From Candidatus Sericytochromatia bacterium (GTDB lineage: Bacteria > Cyanobacteriota > Sericytochromatia > S15B-MN24 > UBA4093), in NCBI GenBank assembly GCA_036676985.1, contig JAKFBU010000073.1, positions 32,001-96,000 on the forward strand: a DNA stretch of 64,000 nt, read 5' to 3'. The notes below the pieces were generated by a model. It saw only the letters and a program-made list of their open reading frames with translations. It searched no databases and was not told where the DNA came from. A program made the translations under genes and the position numbers. Positions 1-10,718 of this stretch are shown one piece after another. Position 1 is the stretch's first letter, and each line of letters begins with the position of its first letter.

Positions 1-2002
1 GGTTGTAGGAGGTGTGGATCTTGTGGGTCCGGGCGTTGATGAGCTCGGGCAGGCTGTCCACATAGGTGCCCTTGAGCTTTGTCAGCTGGCGGAACTCCAG
101 GATCTTGGCCACCGCCTCATGCTGGCTCGAAAGCTCTTCGAGCACGCTCGCGTCCGTCGAGGGCTCCTTCTTGGGCGTGCGCTTGAGGACGGGCAGTTGC
201 AGCTTGTCGAAGAGAATGACCGCTAGCTGCTTGGGGCTGTTGATGTTGAACTCTTCGCCCGCAAGGGCCCAGATCTCCTGCTCGAGCTCCTTCAAGCGGT
301 TGCCGAAGACATGCGAAAGCTGGCCCAGGTAGCCCTGGTCCACTCGGACGCCGTACTGCTCCATGCTCGCGAGCACGTCGATCAAGGGCAGCTCGATGTC
401 CGTGAAGAGGTGCACCAGGCCGTCCTTGACGAGCTGATCGTTCAGGTGCTCGACGAGCTCGAGGGAGACGGCGGCGTCGGCGGCGGCATAGGACGCGGCC
501 TTGTCGATGGGCACCTTGGCCATGGTGATGGCCTTGGCACCGGTGCCGATGAGCTCCGAGATGGGCGTCATGCGGTACTGCAGGCGATCCCAGGCGACCT
601 CCTTGAGGCCGTGCGAGCGGCTCGTGTCCAGGAGGTAGTCGACGAGCATGGAGTCGAAGCGGATGCCCCGGACATGGATGCCCTGGCACGATAGGACGTT
701 CATGTCGTACTTGGCGTTGTGGGCGGTCTTGGCGATGTCCGGATTCTCGAAGAACGGCTTCACGGCCGCGACGACGGTCTCCAGCGGCAGCTGCTCGCCC
801 TCCAGGTGGCCGACCGGGATGTAGATGCTCCGGGCCTCGGTGGCGAGCGTCGCCCCGAAGGCCAGGGAGATGCCCACCAGGTTTGCGGACATGGGGTCCA
901 GGCTGTCGGTCTCGGTGTCGAAGGCGACGAGCGCCTGCGTCTCGAGGGCCGCGACGAGTTCGTGCAGCTGCTCCAGCGTGGTAACGACCTCGAGCTTGAG
1001 GTCGAGGGGGCGCTCGGTGGCGTCCGTCACCAGGCCCGGGACCTCGGCCCGCGCCTCGTTGCCCGCGAAGTCCGCGAGGATCTTGGGCAGGTCGCGCAGG
1101 ATGGAGTTGAATTGCAGGTCCGTGAGCACCTGCGTGAGCTGGGTCAGCTCCGGGATGCGCATCTCGCAGTGCTCCCAGTCGAAGTTGTCGAGGGGCACGT
1201 TGAGGTCGATGGTGGCGAGGCGCAGGCTCTGGCGCGCGCTCTCGATGTTCTCGGCGAGCTTCTGGCGCAGCTTGGCGTTGTCGAGCTTGTCGAGGCTCGC
1301 CAGCAGGTTCTCGACCGTCCCCCACTCGTGGAGCAGCTTCTTGGCGGTCTTGTCGCCGATGCCGGGCACGCCCTTGATGTTGTCGGAGCTGTCGCCCGCC
1401 AGGCCCTTGTACTCGATGATCTGCAGCGGCGTGAGGCCGTCGAACTCCTCGCCCACGCGCTTCTCGTCGACGCGGATGAGCTCCGAGCCGGACTTGGCCC
1501 ACAGGATGTTGATGTGGTCGTCGACCAGCTGGAAGGCGTCGCGATCGCCCGTGACGATGAGCACCTCGTAGCCCTTGGCGGCCGCCTGCTTGGAGATGGT
1601 CCCGATGACGTCATCGGCCTCGAAGCCGTCCAGCTCGTAGATGGGCAGGTCGAAGGCCCGCACCACCTGGCGGATGAAGTCCATCTGGAGGATGAGGTCG
1701 TCCGGCATGGGCTTGCGGTGCGCCTTGTAGTCGACGGATTCCTCGTGGCGGAAGGTTTTGGCCGCGCGGTCGAAGGCCACGGCCATGAGGTCGGGCTTGA
1801 ACTTGCCGATCACGTCCAGGATGGTCTTGGTGAAGCCGTACACGGCCCAGGTCGGGATGCCGTCGCGGGTGGCGAGGCCCATGCGCATGAGCGCGAAGTG
1901 CGCCCGGTAGGCGATCGCATGCCCGTCGATGAGCACCAGGCGCCGCTTCTTGGCGGGGGCCTCGGGCTTCGCGGCTTCGGCGGCCAGAGAGGTCGTCGTC
2001 AT
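1..2002 (-). CDS. polA: DNA polymerase I (5' part; runs off the window start)
   Basis: Manual translation from ATG at 2002 (or 2005): MTTTSLAAE...RRLVLIDGHAIAYRAHFA...YGF...AFDR...TFRHEE..YKAHR (5'-3' exonuclease), GDSSDNIKGVPGIGDKTA, 3'-5' exonuclease motifs AFDTET and NAKYD, FNINSPKQL. Not in the ORF track because it is truncated. Confidence 0.97.
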   Translation of the reverse strand, partial: MTTTSLAAEAAKPEAPAKKRRLVLIDGHAIAYRAHFALMRMGLATRDGIPTWAVYGFTKTILDVIGKFKPDLMAVAFDRAAKTFRHEESVDYKAHRKPMPDDLILQMDFIRQVVRAFDLPIYELDGFEADDVIGTISKQAAAKGYEVLIVTGDRDAFQLVDDHINILWAKSGSELIRVDEKRVGEEFDGLTPLQIIEYKGLAGDSSDNIKGVPGIGDKTAKKLLHEWGTVENLLASLDKLDNAKLRQKLAENIESARQSLRLATIDLNVPLDNFDWEHCEMRIPELTQLTQVLTDLQFNSILRDLPKILADFAGNEARAEVPGLVTDATERPLDLKLEVVTTLEQLHELVAALETQALVAFDTETDSLDPMSANLVGISLAFGATLATEARSIYIPVGHLEGEQLPLETVVAAVKPFFENPDIAKTAHNAKYDMNVLSCQGIHVRGIRFDSMLVDYLLDTSRSHGLKEVAWDRLQYRMTPISELIGTGAKAITMAKVPIDKAASYAAADAAVSLELVEHLNDQLVKDGLVHLFTDIELPLIDVLASMEQYGVRVDQGYLGQLSHVFGNRLKELEQEIWALAGEEFNINSPKQLAVILFDKLQLPVLKRTPKKEPSTDASVLEELSSQHEAVAKILEFRQLTKLKGTYVDSLPELINARTHKIHTSYN

Positions 2003-2862
2003 CATTCCTCCGTCAGTTCCAACGCGCGCTGGTAGACCTCGCGCTTCGCGACGCCCAGCTCGCGCGACAGTTGCTTGCTGGCATCCTGCTTACTCATGCC
2101 CTGGCCGAGCAGCTCTTTCAGCCGGCCATCCAGATCGATCTCGGGTTCGGGGACCTCGTTTGCCGGGCACCCGCCCACCACGAGCGTGAACTCGCCCCGT
2201 GGCTCGTGGGCCGTGAAGTGGGCGATGACGCTCGACAGCGTCCCGCGCACCACCTCCTCGAAGGTCTTCGTGAGCTCCCGGGCCGCCGCCACGGGACGCT
2301 CGGGTCCGAAGGCCGCCGCGAGGTCCTGCAGGGTGTCCAGGAGGCGGTGCGGGCCCTCGTAGAAGACGAGGGTCCGCGTCTCGCCCGTCATGGTCCTGAG
2401 CAGCCGGCGGCGCGCCTTACCCTCACGTGGCAGGAAGCCTTCGAAGACCCAGCGGGCCGTGGGCAGGCCCGAGACCACGAGCCCCGTCACGGCCGCGACC
2501 GGGCCGGGAACGGGCACGACGGGGATGGCGGCCGCGATCGCTGCTTTGATGAGCTCCTCGCCCGGATCCGAGATGCCCGGCATTCCGGCGTCCGAGATGA
2601 GCGCCACGCTCTCGCCCGCCTGCATGCGCGCGACAAGGCGCGGCGTCTGGCTCTGGGCGTTGTGCTCGTGGTAGCTGACGGTGGGCGTCTCGATCGCGAA
2701 GCGGGTCAGGAGCTTTGCCGCCTGTCGGGTGTCCTCGGCCGCGATCACATGCACCGCCTTGAGGGTCTCGAGGGCGCGCAGCGTGATGTCGGACAGGTTC
2801 CCGATGGGCGTCCCGCACACGTAGAGGGTGCCGGGCGTGGTAGCAGCGGACGGCGGCGTCAT
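2002..2862 (-). CDS. rsmI: 16S rRNA (cytidine1402-2'-O)-methyltransferase
   Basis: LYVCGTPIGNLSDITLRA, AAEDTR, ISDAGMPGISDPG, FEGFLP, RELTKTFEE motifs; stop overlaps the polA start. Confidence 0.96.
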   Translation of the reverse strand: MTPPSAATTPGTLYVCGTPIGNLSDITLRALETLKAVHVIAAEDTRQAAKLLTRFAIETPTVSYHEHNAQSQTPRLVARMQAGESVALISDAGMPGISDPGEELIKAAIAAAIPVVPVPGPVAAVTGLVVSGLPTARWVFEGFLPREGKARRRLLRTMTGETRTLVFYEGPHRLLDTLQDLAAAFGPERPVAAARELTKTFEEVVRGTLSSVIAHFTAHEPRGEFTLVVGGCPANEVPEPEIDLDGRLKELLGQGMSKQDASKQLSRELGVAKREVYQRALELTEE

Positions 2863-2995
2863 CCCTTGATTCTAGCATTTTTGCCGCCGGCGGGGCGGCA
2901 AGATTAAGGGGAATTTATCAGAAGCGGGCCCACGAGACGCAACTTTTGGAAAGAAAGGAGCTATAAGATAACCAAAGGATAACCTAGGAGGACTC

Positions 2996-4144
2996 ATGAC
3001 CCCGCGCGCTGTAACACCCGACGAAACCAGGCATGTGAAGCCTGTGGCCGCCATTCGGCGGCTTGGTGGAACAGTTTCGTCAGGCGTTATGACCATTCTG
3101 CTGAGCCTGACCTTGTGCCTGGCGGCATGCGGCAACGCCGAGGACATCCCCTCGCTTCCGGACACGTCGGACGAGCCCGATACCTTCGCCTCCCTCCCGC
3201 CCTTCGACTTCGGCTTCGACGAGCCGAGCACGTCGAGCGCCACGCCGAGCGCGGCCCCCATCGTCCAGCCCACCCTGCCGCCGGGCGTGCCGCCGACCAA
3301 CAACGGCTCGGCCCTGCCGAACAACTTCTTCCGCTACATCGGCAACGGCTACCTGCAGTCCTGGCTCTTCCAGCCCATGGGCCTCGCGATGACGGGCGAC
3401 ATGGTGCTCGTGGCGGACGCCGAGCGCCAAACCGATCCGCTCGGCGCCTACGGCGGCGTGCTGATGTTCGACGGCCGCGCGGCGGACGCCTCGCGCCCGG
3501 TGGGTGGCATCTACGCGGCCCTCACGGCGGGGACCCCGCCCCAGCGCCTGGCGCCGAGCATGAAGGCCCTCGCGGCCGGTCCCGACGTCCTCTACGCCAT
3601 GGACGGCACGGGCGTCTACGGCTTCATGCTGGACTCGCGCAACCCCCTCAACCTGGGCCGCCCCTACACGGGCACCGGGGCGGACCTCGCCGTGGCGGGC
3701 CCCACCGTGTACGTCGCCCAGAGCGGGGCGGTCAACGCCTTCGCCTATGGCACCTTCGCCTCCGACCCCGCCACGCCCTCGATCCCCGTCGCCGCCCGCG
3801 GCCTCGGCTCGGACACGGCCGGAAACCTCTACGTGGCCTCCGCCACCCACGTCACCCGCTACACGAACGGCCAGGTCTCGCTGTCGTTCGACGGCAAGGG
3901 CAGTGACGGCCAGGGCCCCGGCTTCACCGAGCTGACGGACGTGGCCTGCGACTCCCGCAACGGGGACTTTTACGTCCTCGATCGCCGAGCGGTCCTGCGC
4001 TTCGATCATGCCGGCCGCTTCCTGAGCCGCTTCGGCCAGGACCTGATCCAGGGGGCCACGAGCATCGCCGTGGGCGCCCATGGCGAGGTCTACGTCAGCG
4101 ATACGACCGCTCGTCGGGTCTTGCAGTTCGAAGCCAGCCGTTAA
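2996..4144 (+). CDS. Putative lipoprotein with NHL-like beta-propeller
   Basis: Lipobox LAAC after a hydrophobic stretch (true start may be about 3089), Pro/Ser linker, repeats such as PMGLAMTGDMVLVAD, GNLYVA and GEVYVSD. Confidence 0.7.
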   Translation: MTPRAVTPDETRHVKPVAAIRRLGGTVSSGVMTILLSLTLCLAACGNAEDIPSLPDTSDEPDTFASLPPFDFGFDEPSTSSATPSAAPIVQPTLPPGVPPTNNGSALPNNFFRYIGNGYLQSWLFQPMGLAMTGDMVLVADAERQTDPLGAYGGVLMFDGRAADASRPVGGIYAALTAGTPPQRLAPSMKALAAGPDVLYAMDGTGVYGFMLDSRNPLNLGRPYTGTGADLAVAGPTVYVAQSGAVNAFAYGTFASDPATPSIPVAARGLGSDTAGNLYVASATHVTRYTNGQVSLSFDGKGSDGQGPGFTELTDVACDSRNGDFYVLDRRAVLRFDHAGRFLSRFGQDLIQGATSIAVGAHGEVYVSDTTARRVLQFEASR

Positions 4145-4315
4145 CAGACATTCTGTCCGCTTTTCAAGCCCACTTTCGGCACTCTGAACAAGGGTGTACG
4201 GAAGGAAGCCCTTCCCAGATCCGTGAAGATTCGTTAAGATACTGTCAACGGGCACCCGCCTGAAGTGACATAACAGGGGGTTAAGGGAATAAGAGAGGTA
4301 GGGAGGTGGTGACGA

Positions 4316-4789
4316 ATGCAAGTTCTCGTCCTGAGTAACACCTACCAGCCGCTCTACACCTGCGGCATCGAGAAGGCCATCACGCTCGTCTACCTGGGCA
4401 AGGCCGTCTCGGTCAAGGACTCCGAGCAGATCATCCGCTCGCCGTCCACGACCATGCGCGTCCCCCAGGCCATCAGATTGCTCGTCAAGGCGGTCGTCCA
4501 CAAGTACTACGAGACGGTCCGCCCCACGAGGCAGGCCGTCTTCAAGCGTGACAAGCACGTCTGCCAGTACTGCGGCGGCCGGGGCGACCTGACCATCGAC
4601 CACATCCACCCGCGCTCGCGCGGCGGGGAGGACACCTGGGAGAATCTGGTCACGGCCTGCCAGAAGTGCAACAACCGCAAGGGAGACAGGCGGCCCGACG
4701 AGGCCGGGATGCCCCTCAACTGCACGCCACGGGCTCCGCGGATGGTGGAGATCGCCTCCGAGCTGTGGTCCAAGCTGATGGGGTGGTAA
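4316..4789 (+). CDS. HNH endonuclease (McrA-like small family)
   Basis: VLVLSNTYQPL start, RDKHVCQYCG, LTIDHIHPRSRGGEDTWENLVTACQKCNNRKG; SD GGAGG. Confidence 0.92.
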   Translation: MQVLVLSNTYQPLYTCGIEKAITLVYLGKAVSVKDSEQIIRSPSTTMRVPQAIRLLVKAVVHKYYETVRPTRQAVFKRDKHVCQYCGGRGDLTIDHIHPRSRGGEDTWENLVTACQKCNNRKGDRRPDEAGMPLNCTPRAPRMVEIASELWSKLMGW

Positions 4790-4793
4790 GTTG

Positions 4794-4819
4794 AAAGGCC
4801 GGTCGTTCGACCGGCCTTT
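4794..4819. terminator. Bidirectional intrinsic terminator between the convergent HNH gene and hemB
   Basis: AAAGGCCGGTCG-tt-CGACCGGCCTTT perfect inverted repeat. Confidence 0.75.
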
Positions 4820-4830
4820 GCGGTAGGGAG

Positions 4831-5832
4831 TTAGGCCTTCTGGAGCCAGCCCACCACGTCCATGGCGTGGTAGGTGAGAATGAGGTCCGCGCCCGCGCGC
4901 TTGAACCCCACCATGGTCTCCATGACGACGCGCTCCTCGTCGATCCAGCCCGCCTTGGCGGCGGCCTTGACCATGGCGTACTCGCCCGAGACGTTGTAGC
5001 ACGCCACCGGACGATCCGTCGCCTGCTTCACGCGGTAGATGACGTCCATGTAGGCCAAGGCCGGCTTGACCATGACGATGTCCGCGCCCTCGGCCACGTC
5101 CAGCGCGAGCTCCTTCATGGCCTCCCGGGCGTTGGCGGGGTCCATCTGGTAGCTGCGGCGATCGCCAAACGTCGGCGCCGAGTCCGCCGCGTCCCGGAAG
5201 GGCCCGTAGTAGCCCGAGGCGTACTTCACCGAGTAGGCCATGATGGGCACCTGGTCAAAGCCCGCGGCATCGAGTGCCTCGCGGATGGCCCCCACCCGGC
5301 CGTCCATCATGTCGCTGGGGGCGACCATATCGGCACCCGCCCGGGCGTGGCTCACGGCCGTCTTCTGCAACAGCTCCAGCGTCGGGTCGTTGAGGAGCTC
5401 CTCGCCCTGGATGATGCCGCAGTGGCCGTGCGAGGTGTACTCGCACATGCACACGTCCGTGATGACCATCAGCTCGGGCACCGCCGCCTTGACGGCCCGG
5501 ACGGCCTCCTGGACGATCCCGTTGTGGTCCCAGGCGCCAGAGCCCAGCTCGTCCTTCTCGGGCGGCAGACCGAACAGGATCACGCCGCCGAGGCCCGCCT
5601 CGTACGCGCGCCGGGCGTCCTTGACCACCTCGTCCACCGAGCACTGGAACACCCCCGGCATCGAGCCGACTTCCTTGCGGAAGCCCGTGCCGGGCACCGC
5701 GAAGAGCGGCCAGATGAGGTCCGAGGGCCGAACGTGATGCTCGCGCACCATGCGGCGCATGGCCTCGGTGCGGCGCAGGCGGCGCGGCCGGTGCGTCATG
5801 GGGGGGATCTGGGCGGTGGTCGTGGTGGTCAT
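4831..5832 (-). CDS. hemB: Porphobilinogen synthase (Zn-binding type)
   Basis: [57 protein letters not shown]. Confidence 0.98.
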   Translation of the reverse strand: MTTTTTAQIPPMTHRPRRLRRTEAMRRMVREHHVRPSDLIWPLFAVPGTGFRKEVGSMPGVFQCSVDEVVKDARRAYEAGLGGVILFGLPPEKDELGSGAWDHNGIVQEAVRAVKAAVPELMVITDVCMCEYTSHGHCGIIQGEELLNDPTLELLQKTAVSHARAGADMVAPSDMMDGRVGAIREALDAAGFDQVPIMAYSVKYASGYYGPFRDAADSAPTFGDRRSYQMDPANAREAMKELALDVAEGADIVMVKPALAYMDVIYRVKQATDRPVACYNVSGEYAMVKAAAKAGWIDEERVVMETMVGFKRAGADLILTYHAMDVVGWLQKA

Positions 5833-5841
5833 GGGCGCAGT

Positions 5842-7671
<1,830 letters not shown>

Positions 7672-7854
7672 ATGCTTTCGATCTATCCTTCATGGAACGC
7701 GGGAAACGGCATGAAAAAAGGCCAGGGGCCCCGCGGATCTTCGCCCTGCCAATCCCCAAATTTTACACGAGCAGCTACCTCTCGGCAACGCCGAGGCCTT
7801 GAAACATCCGCCCTGCGGGGATCTACGGAACTTCCATAACCTACCCTTAAGGGT

Positions 7855-7884
7855 CTTTACTTTCCCTTAATTTTTGATTAATAT
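7855..7884 (+). promoter_or_regulatory. 11-bp-periodic direct-repeat box CTTTAC-N4-CCTTAA-N7-TTAATAT (putative OmpR/PhoB-family site)
   Basis: The same pattern recurs at 9035-9064; lies in the divergent glmS/UbiA intergenic region. Confidence 0.6.
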
Positions 7885-7968
7885 GGCTTTCACCTGAAGG
7901 GGACTCCCCCATGCTTCAGCCCGGACACTCCGCGCTCAAGGGCGAGCGCAGCTGACGAGGAGAAGTGC

Positions 7969-8919
7969 ATGCAGTTGAGATCCTTCCCGGTCATCGATCG
8001 CCCGATCATGACCATGCCCGAGATCACGGTGACGACCAAGGCCGCTCCGCCGGTCTGGAAGACCGTGCTCGGGATGCTGCGGCCTCACCGCTGGGCGCTG
8101 CCGATGGTGGCCCTCTTGTGCGGCGCGCTGCTCTCGGGGGGGGAAACGGTCCTGCGTGACCAGTGGGCCGTCCTGAGCCTCGGGTTGCTCCTGGTGGGCC
8201 CCCTGCTCACGGGCGCCGGCTCGGCCATCAACGCCTACTTCGACCGCGACGTGACGGACCACCACGCCTACGAGCTCCTGCGCTCGGCGCGGCTCAACCT
8301 GGACGCGATGGTCGCGACCATCGGCGTGATGAGCCTGCTCTCGCTCTTGGTTGCCCATCAGCTCGGCAGCTTCGCCTTCAACGTCACGGCCCTGACGCTC
8401 GCCATCTACTTCGCCCTCAACGCGCCGCCCCTCCGGCTGCGCCGCCACACCTGGTGGAACGCCGTCTTCTTCGGCCTGGTCTCCGCCGGCGGCCCGTGGA
8501 TCCTGGGCGAGACCTTCGTCGGCCCCGTGAGCGCCAACTCCATCGTGCTCGCGAGCATCTTCGGCTTCGGCGCCCTCGGCCTGCACCTCATCGACACCCT
8601 GGAGCGCGGCGAGGGCGAGCGCCGGGCCGGCCTGCGGACGCTCGCAGCCCTCTTGGGCCCCGAGGTGGGCGCGGGCATCTCGGCGCTGGTCATCGACACG
8701 AGCCTCTTGGGCGCGGCCATCGTCTGCTTCGGCGCCCAGGCCATGCCCGCCGCGGGCGCGCTCCTCGTGGCCCTGGGGCTGCTCCTGAGCCTCCAGATCG
8801 TGAGCTTCAAGCGCCCTGCCATCAAGCCGAACGTGGTCTACGCCTTCAGCCTCGTCCTCTACATGGCGGCGATGCTCATCTCGGCCACCTCGCTCTGCCA
8901 GCACGTCATCGACCTCTAA
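7969..8919 (+). CDS. UbiA-family membrane prenyltransferase-like protein, chlorophyll/bacteriochlorophyll synthase-like, with degenerate Asp motifs
   Basis: About 8 hydrophobic segments; RPHRW, GPLLTG..SAINAYFDRDVTD, NAPPLRLRR, EGERRAGLRTLAALLG; SD GAGGAG. Confidence 0.75.
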   Translation: MQLRSFPVIDRPIMTMPEITVTTKAAPPVWKTVLGMLRPHRWALPMVALLCGALLSGGETVLRDQWAVLSLGLLLVGPLLTGAGSAINAYFDRDVTDHHAYELLRSARLNLDAMVATIGVMSLLSLLVAHQLGSFAFNVTALTLAIYFALNAPPLRLRRHTWWNAVFFGLVSAGGPWILGETFVGPVSANSIVLASIFGFGALGLHLIDTLERGEGERRAGLRTLAALLGPEVGAGISALVIDTSLLGAAIVCFGAQAMPAAGALLVALGLLLSLQIVSFKRPAIKPNVVYAFSLVLYMAAMLISATSLCQHVIDL

Positions 8920-8983
8920 GCGAACAGCGGTTCCAGTAGGCGCCCGACGCTACTCGACTTTTCACAAAACTTTATGTAGCATT

Positions 8984-9023
8984 GTGAAGCATCGGTTCCT
9001 CACCGATGCTTCACGCTTTCTTC
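8984..9023 (+). terminator. Intrinsic terminator
   Basis: GTGAAGCATCGGT-tcctc-ACCGATGCTTCAC 13-bp stem followed by gctttcttc. Confidence 0.65.
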
Positions 9024-9034
9024 AGGCGGTCGAC

Positions 9035-9064
9035 CTTTACACGTCCTTAAATCCAGGTTAATAT
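9035..9064 (+). promoter_or_regulatory. Second copy of the CTTTAC-N4-CCTTAA-N7-TTAATAT box
   Basis: ctttacacgtccttaaatccaggttaatat upstream of the SLT gene. Confidence 0.6.
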
Positions 9065-9159
9065 ATGTTCACCAATTATCCGACCTAGCCCTCGCCAGGT
9101 TCACACTCGCTTAACACGAGGCGCTCGGCAGGCCGGTCGGTGAAAGGGAGGTATACACC

Positions 9160-9828
9160 ATGGATTTAACGTCGGACTGTACGCCGCGATCGCTGTCCCT
9201 CGGGGGAATGCTCGCCGCGTGGGCGGCCCTGGTCATCACCACCGCCACCACCCTCATCGTTCCCTTCGCCTTCCAGCCCACGGAAGAGGCGGCCCGAGAG
9301 CCGCAGGCCATCGCCGGTCGCCTGGGCCGGGATCTCCGGGCCCAGCTGCCGCCCCCCGTCTCCGAAGGTCCCAGCTACCCCTACTACAAGCAGATCCAGA
9401 CCGTCGCCAAGAAGTACCAGGTCGCCCCGGAGCTCATCGCGAGCATCGTGCGCCTGGAGAGCAATTTCGATCGCTTCAGCGTGAGCCCGGTGGGGGCCGT
9501 CGGCCTCATGCAGCTGATGCCCAGCACCGCGCACGGCGTCGCCCGTTCCCTCGGCCTCGCTGGCTACGACCTCTACGACGCCGAGGACAACCTCGAGCTG
9601 GGCACGGCCTACCTGACCATGCTGCTGCGCGACTTCAACGGCCACGTGCCGACCGCGCTGAGCTTCTACAACGCCGGGCGGCGCGGCATCGTGAGCCGCG
9701 GCGTCTACCGCAACCGGCGCTACATCCGGATTGTCATGGACAACTACTGGGACTACGTCCGCCAGCAGGGCGACCACGCGCACGAGACCACCGTCCAAGC
9801 GGCGGCTCCGCGGCCCACGTTCAACTAG
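9160..9828 (+). CDS. Lytic transglycosylase (SLT domain) with N-terminal TM anchor
   Basis: IVRLESNF (catalytic Glu), SPVGAVGLMQLMPST, NLELGTAYL, ALSFYNAG; SD GGGAGG. Confidence 0.92.
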   Translation: MDLTSDCTPRSLSLGGMLAAWAALVITTATTLIVPFAFQPTEEAAREPQAIAGRLGRDLRAQLPPPVSEGPSYPYYKQIQTVAKKYQVAPELIASIVRLESNFDRFSVSPVGAVGLMQLMPSTAHGVARSLGLAGYDLYDAEDNLELGTAYLTMLLRDFNGHVPTALSFYNAGRRGIVSRGVYRNRRYIRIVMDNYWDYVRQQGDHAHETTVQAAAPRPTFN

Positions 9829-9866
9829 CTTCGGCAACCGCCGTCGTCCCTGTCCCGACGACCAAC

Positions 9867-9900
9867 CCGTTCGTCTTGAGCCTGGTCGAAAGGCGAACGG
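9867..9900. repeat. REP-like hairpin
   Basis: CCGTTCGTCTT-gagcctggtcga-AAGGCGAACGG; resembles, from memory, the GTTCG..TGAGCCTGTCGAA REP family; single copy in this window. Confidence 0.4.
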
Positions 9901-9959
9901 TTCCTTATTCGTCCACTCTGGCCAATGCGGGCGCAGCAAGGCCGGTCCTATAATCGGGC

Positions 9960-10143
9960 TCCGCTCGAACGAGGGGCTGCTCGATACGGGAGGTTCCTGG
10001 GTTTCCAGGGGGCTTGCGGATCGATCGGCCTCCGTGACGGGGGACGGCGATCGAGTGTGCCGTCACGGGATGCCTGGTCCCGACCCGACACGTGGACTCA
10101 CCCCCCGGCGACCAGGAGCCGGAGAGTCGAGCGATTCGGCGGA
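9960..10143 (+). ncRNA. ssrS: Candidate 6S RNA (rod-shaped ~185-nt RNA with central bubble)
   Basis: TATAAT at 9949-9954; nested pairings TCCGC.CGAA/TTCGGCGGA, GCTCGA/TCGAGC, GGTTCCTGG/CCAGGAGCC, GGGG/CCCC, then an open bubble, then CCGTGACGG/CCGTCACGG; terminator directly downstream. Confidence 0.6.
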
Positions 10144-10146
10144 TTG

Positions 10147-10170
10147 CGAGGAGGCGAATGCCTCCTCGTT
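10147..10170. terminator. Terminator hairpin between the candidate 6S RNA and the convergent BON gene
   Basis: CGAGGAGGC-gaat-GCCTCCTCG-tt. Confidence 0.6.
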
Positions 10171-10495
10171 ACTGCTTTTGGGGGGCGGGCTCCGCGAGCT
10201 TCAAGAGGTTGTGGACGTCCATGACCGCCGGCAGGTCGAAGGCGATCTCCGCGGCGCGCCGCTTGTGCTGCTTGTTGGGGACCTCGCCGAGCAGGGTCAC
10301 CACCGAGTTGAGCACCGTCACCTGGACCTGCTTGAAGTGGGTGGCATGCTGGGCCGCCAGGCGTTCGCGGACCTCCACGGCGATCTCCTCGTCCGTCAGG
10401 AAGTCCTCGCGCTCCGTGCGCAGGTCCGAGCCGTCCACGTAGCTGGACTCCGCTGTGAACGTCCCGCAGGTCGGGCAATAGCCATGCTTGATCAT
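10169..10495 (-). CDS. BON-domain protein with N-terminal CxxC
   Basis: MIKHGYCPTCG...TDEEIAVEVRERL...VQVTVLNSVVTLLGEV...AAEIA..LPAVMDVHNLL; SD GAGGGGGAG before ATG 10495. Confidence 0.8.
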   Translation of the reverse strand: MIKHGYCPTCGTFTAESSYVDGSDLRTEREDFLTDEEIAVEVRERLAAQHATHFKQVQVTVLNSVVTLLGEVPNKQHKRRAAEIAFDLPAVMDVHNLLKLAEPAPQKQ

Positions 10496-10718
10496 GGGCT
10501 CCCCCTCTTTTGCATCCACGCTGGGCCGAGCCGATGTTAGCAAGCCGCGGGCCCGCCTCCAACAGAGAAGCGAACGCCCAGAACGCCGAAGCGCCCAGCC
10601 AATGGCCGGGCGCGGTTCGGGGGGCTGGGAACCCTTGCTTAGAGCATCTAACAAAACCAGGCATGTGTCGCCAGTGGCCGCCTATCGGCGGCTTGAAGGA
10701 ACAGATTTGTTAGGCGCT

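Noticed and set aside
4316-4789. Restriction/defence system or IscB/Cas9-like nuclease
   Set aside because: 157 aa, HNH only, no RuvC motifs and no methylase, array or transposon ends
7672-7968. glmS ribozyme
   Set aside because: GACGAGG occurs only on the + strand (as part of the SD of the next gene), and the AGCGCC cleavage core is absent on the glmS strand
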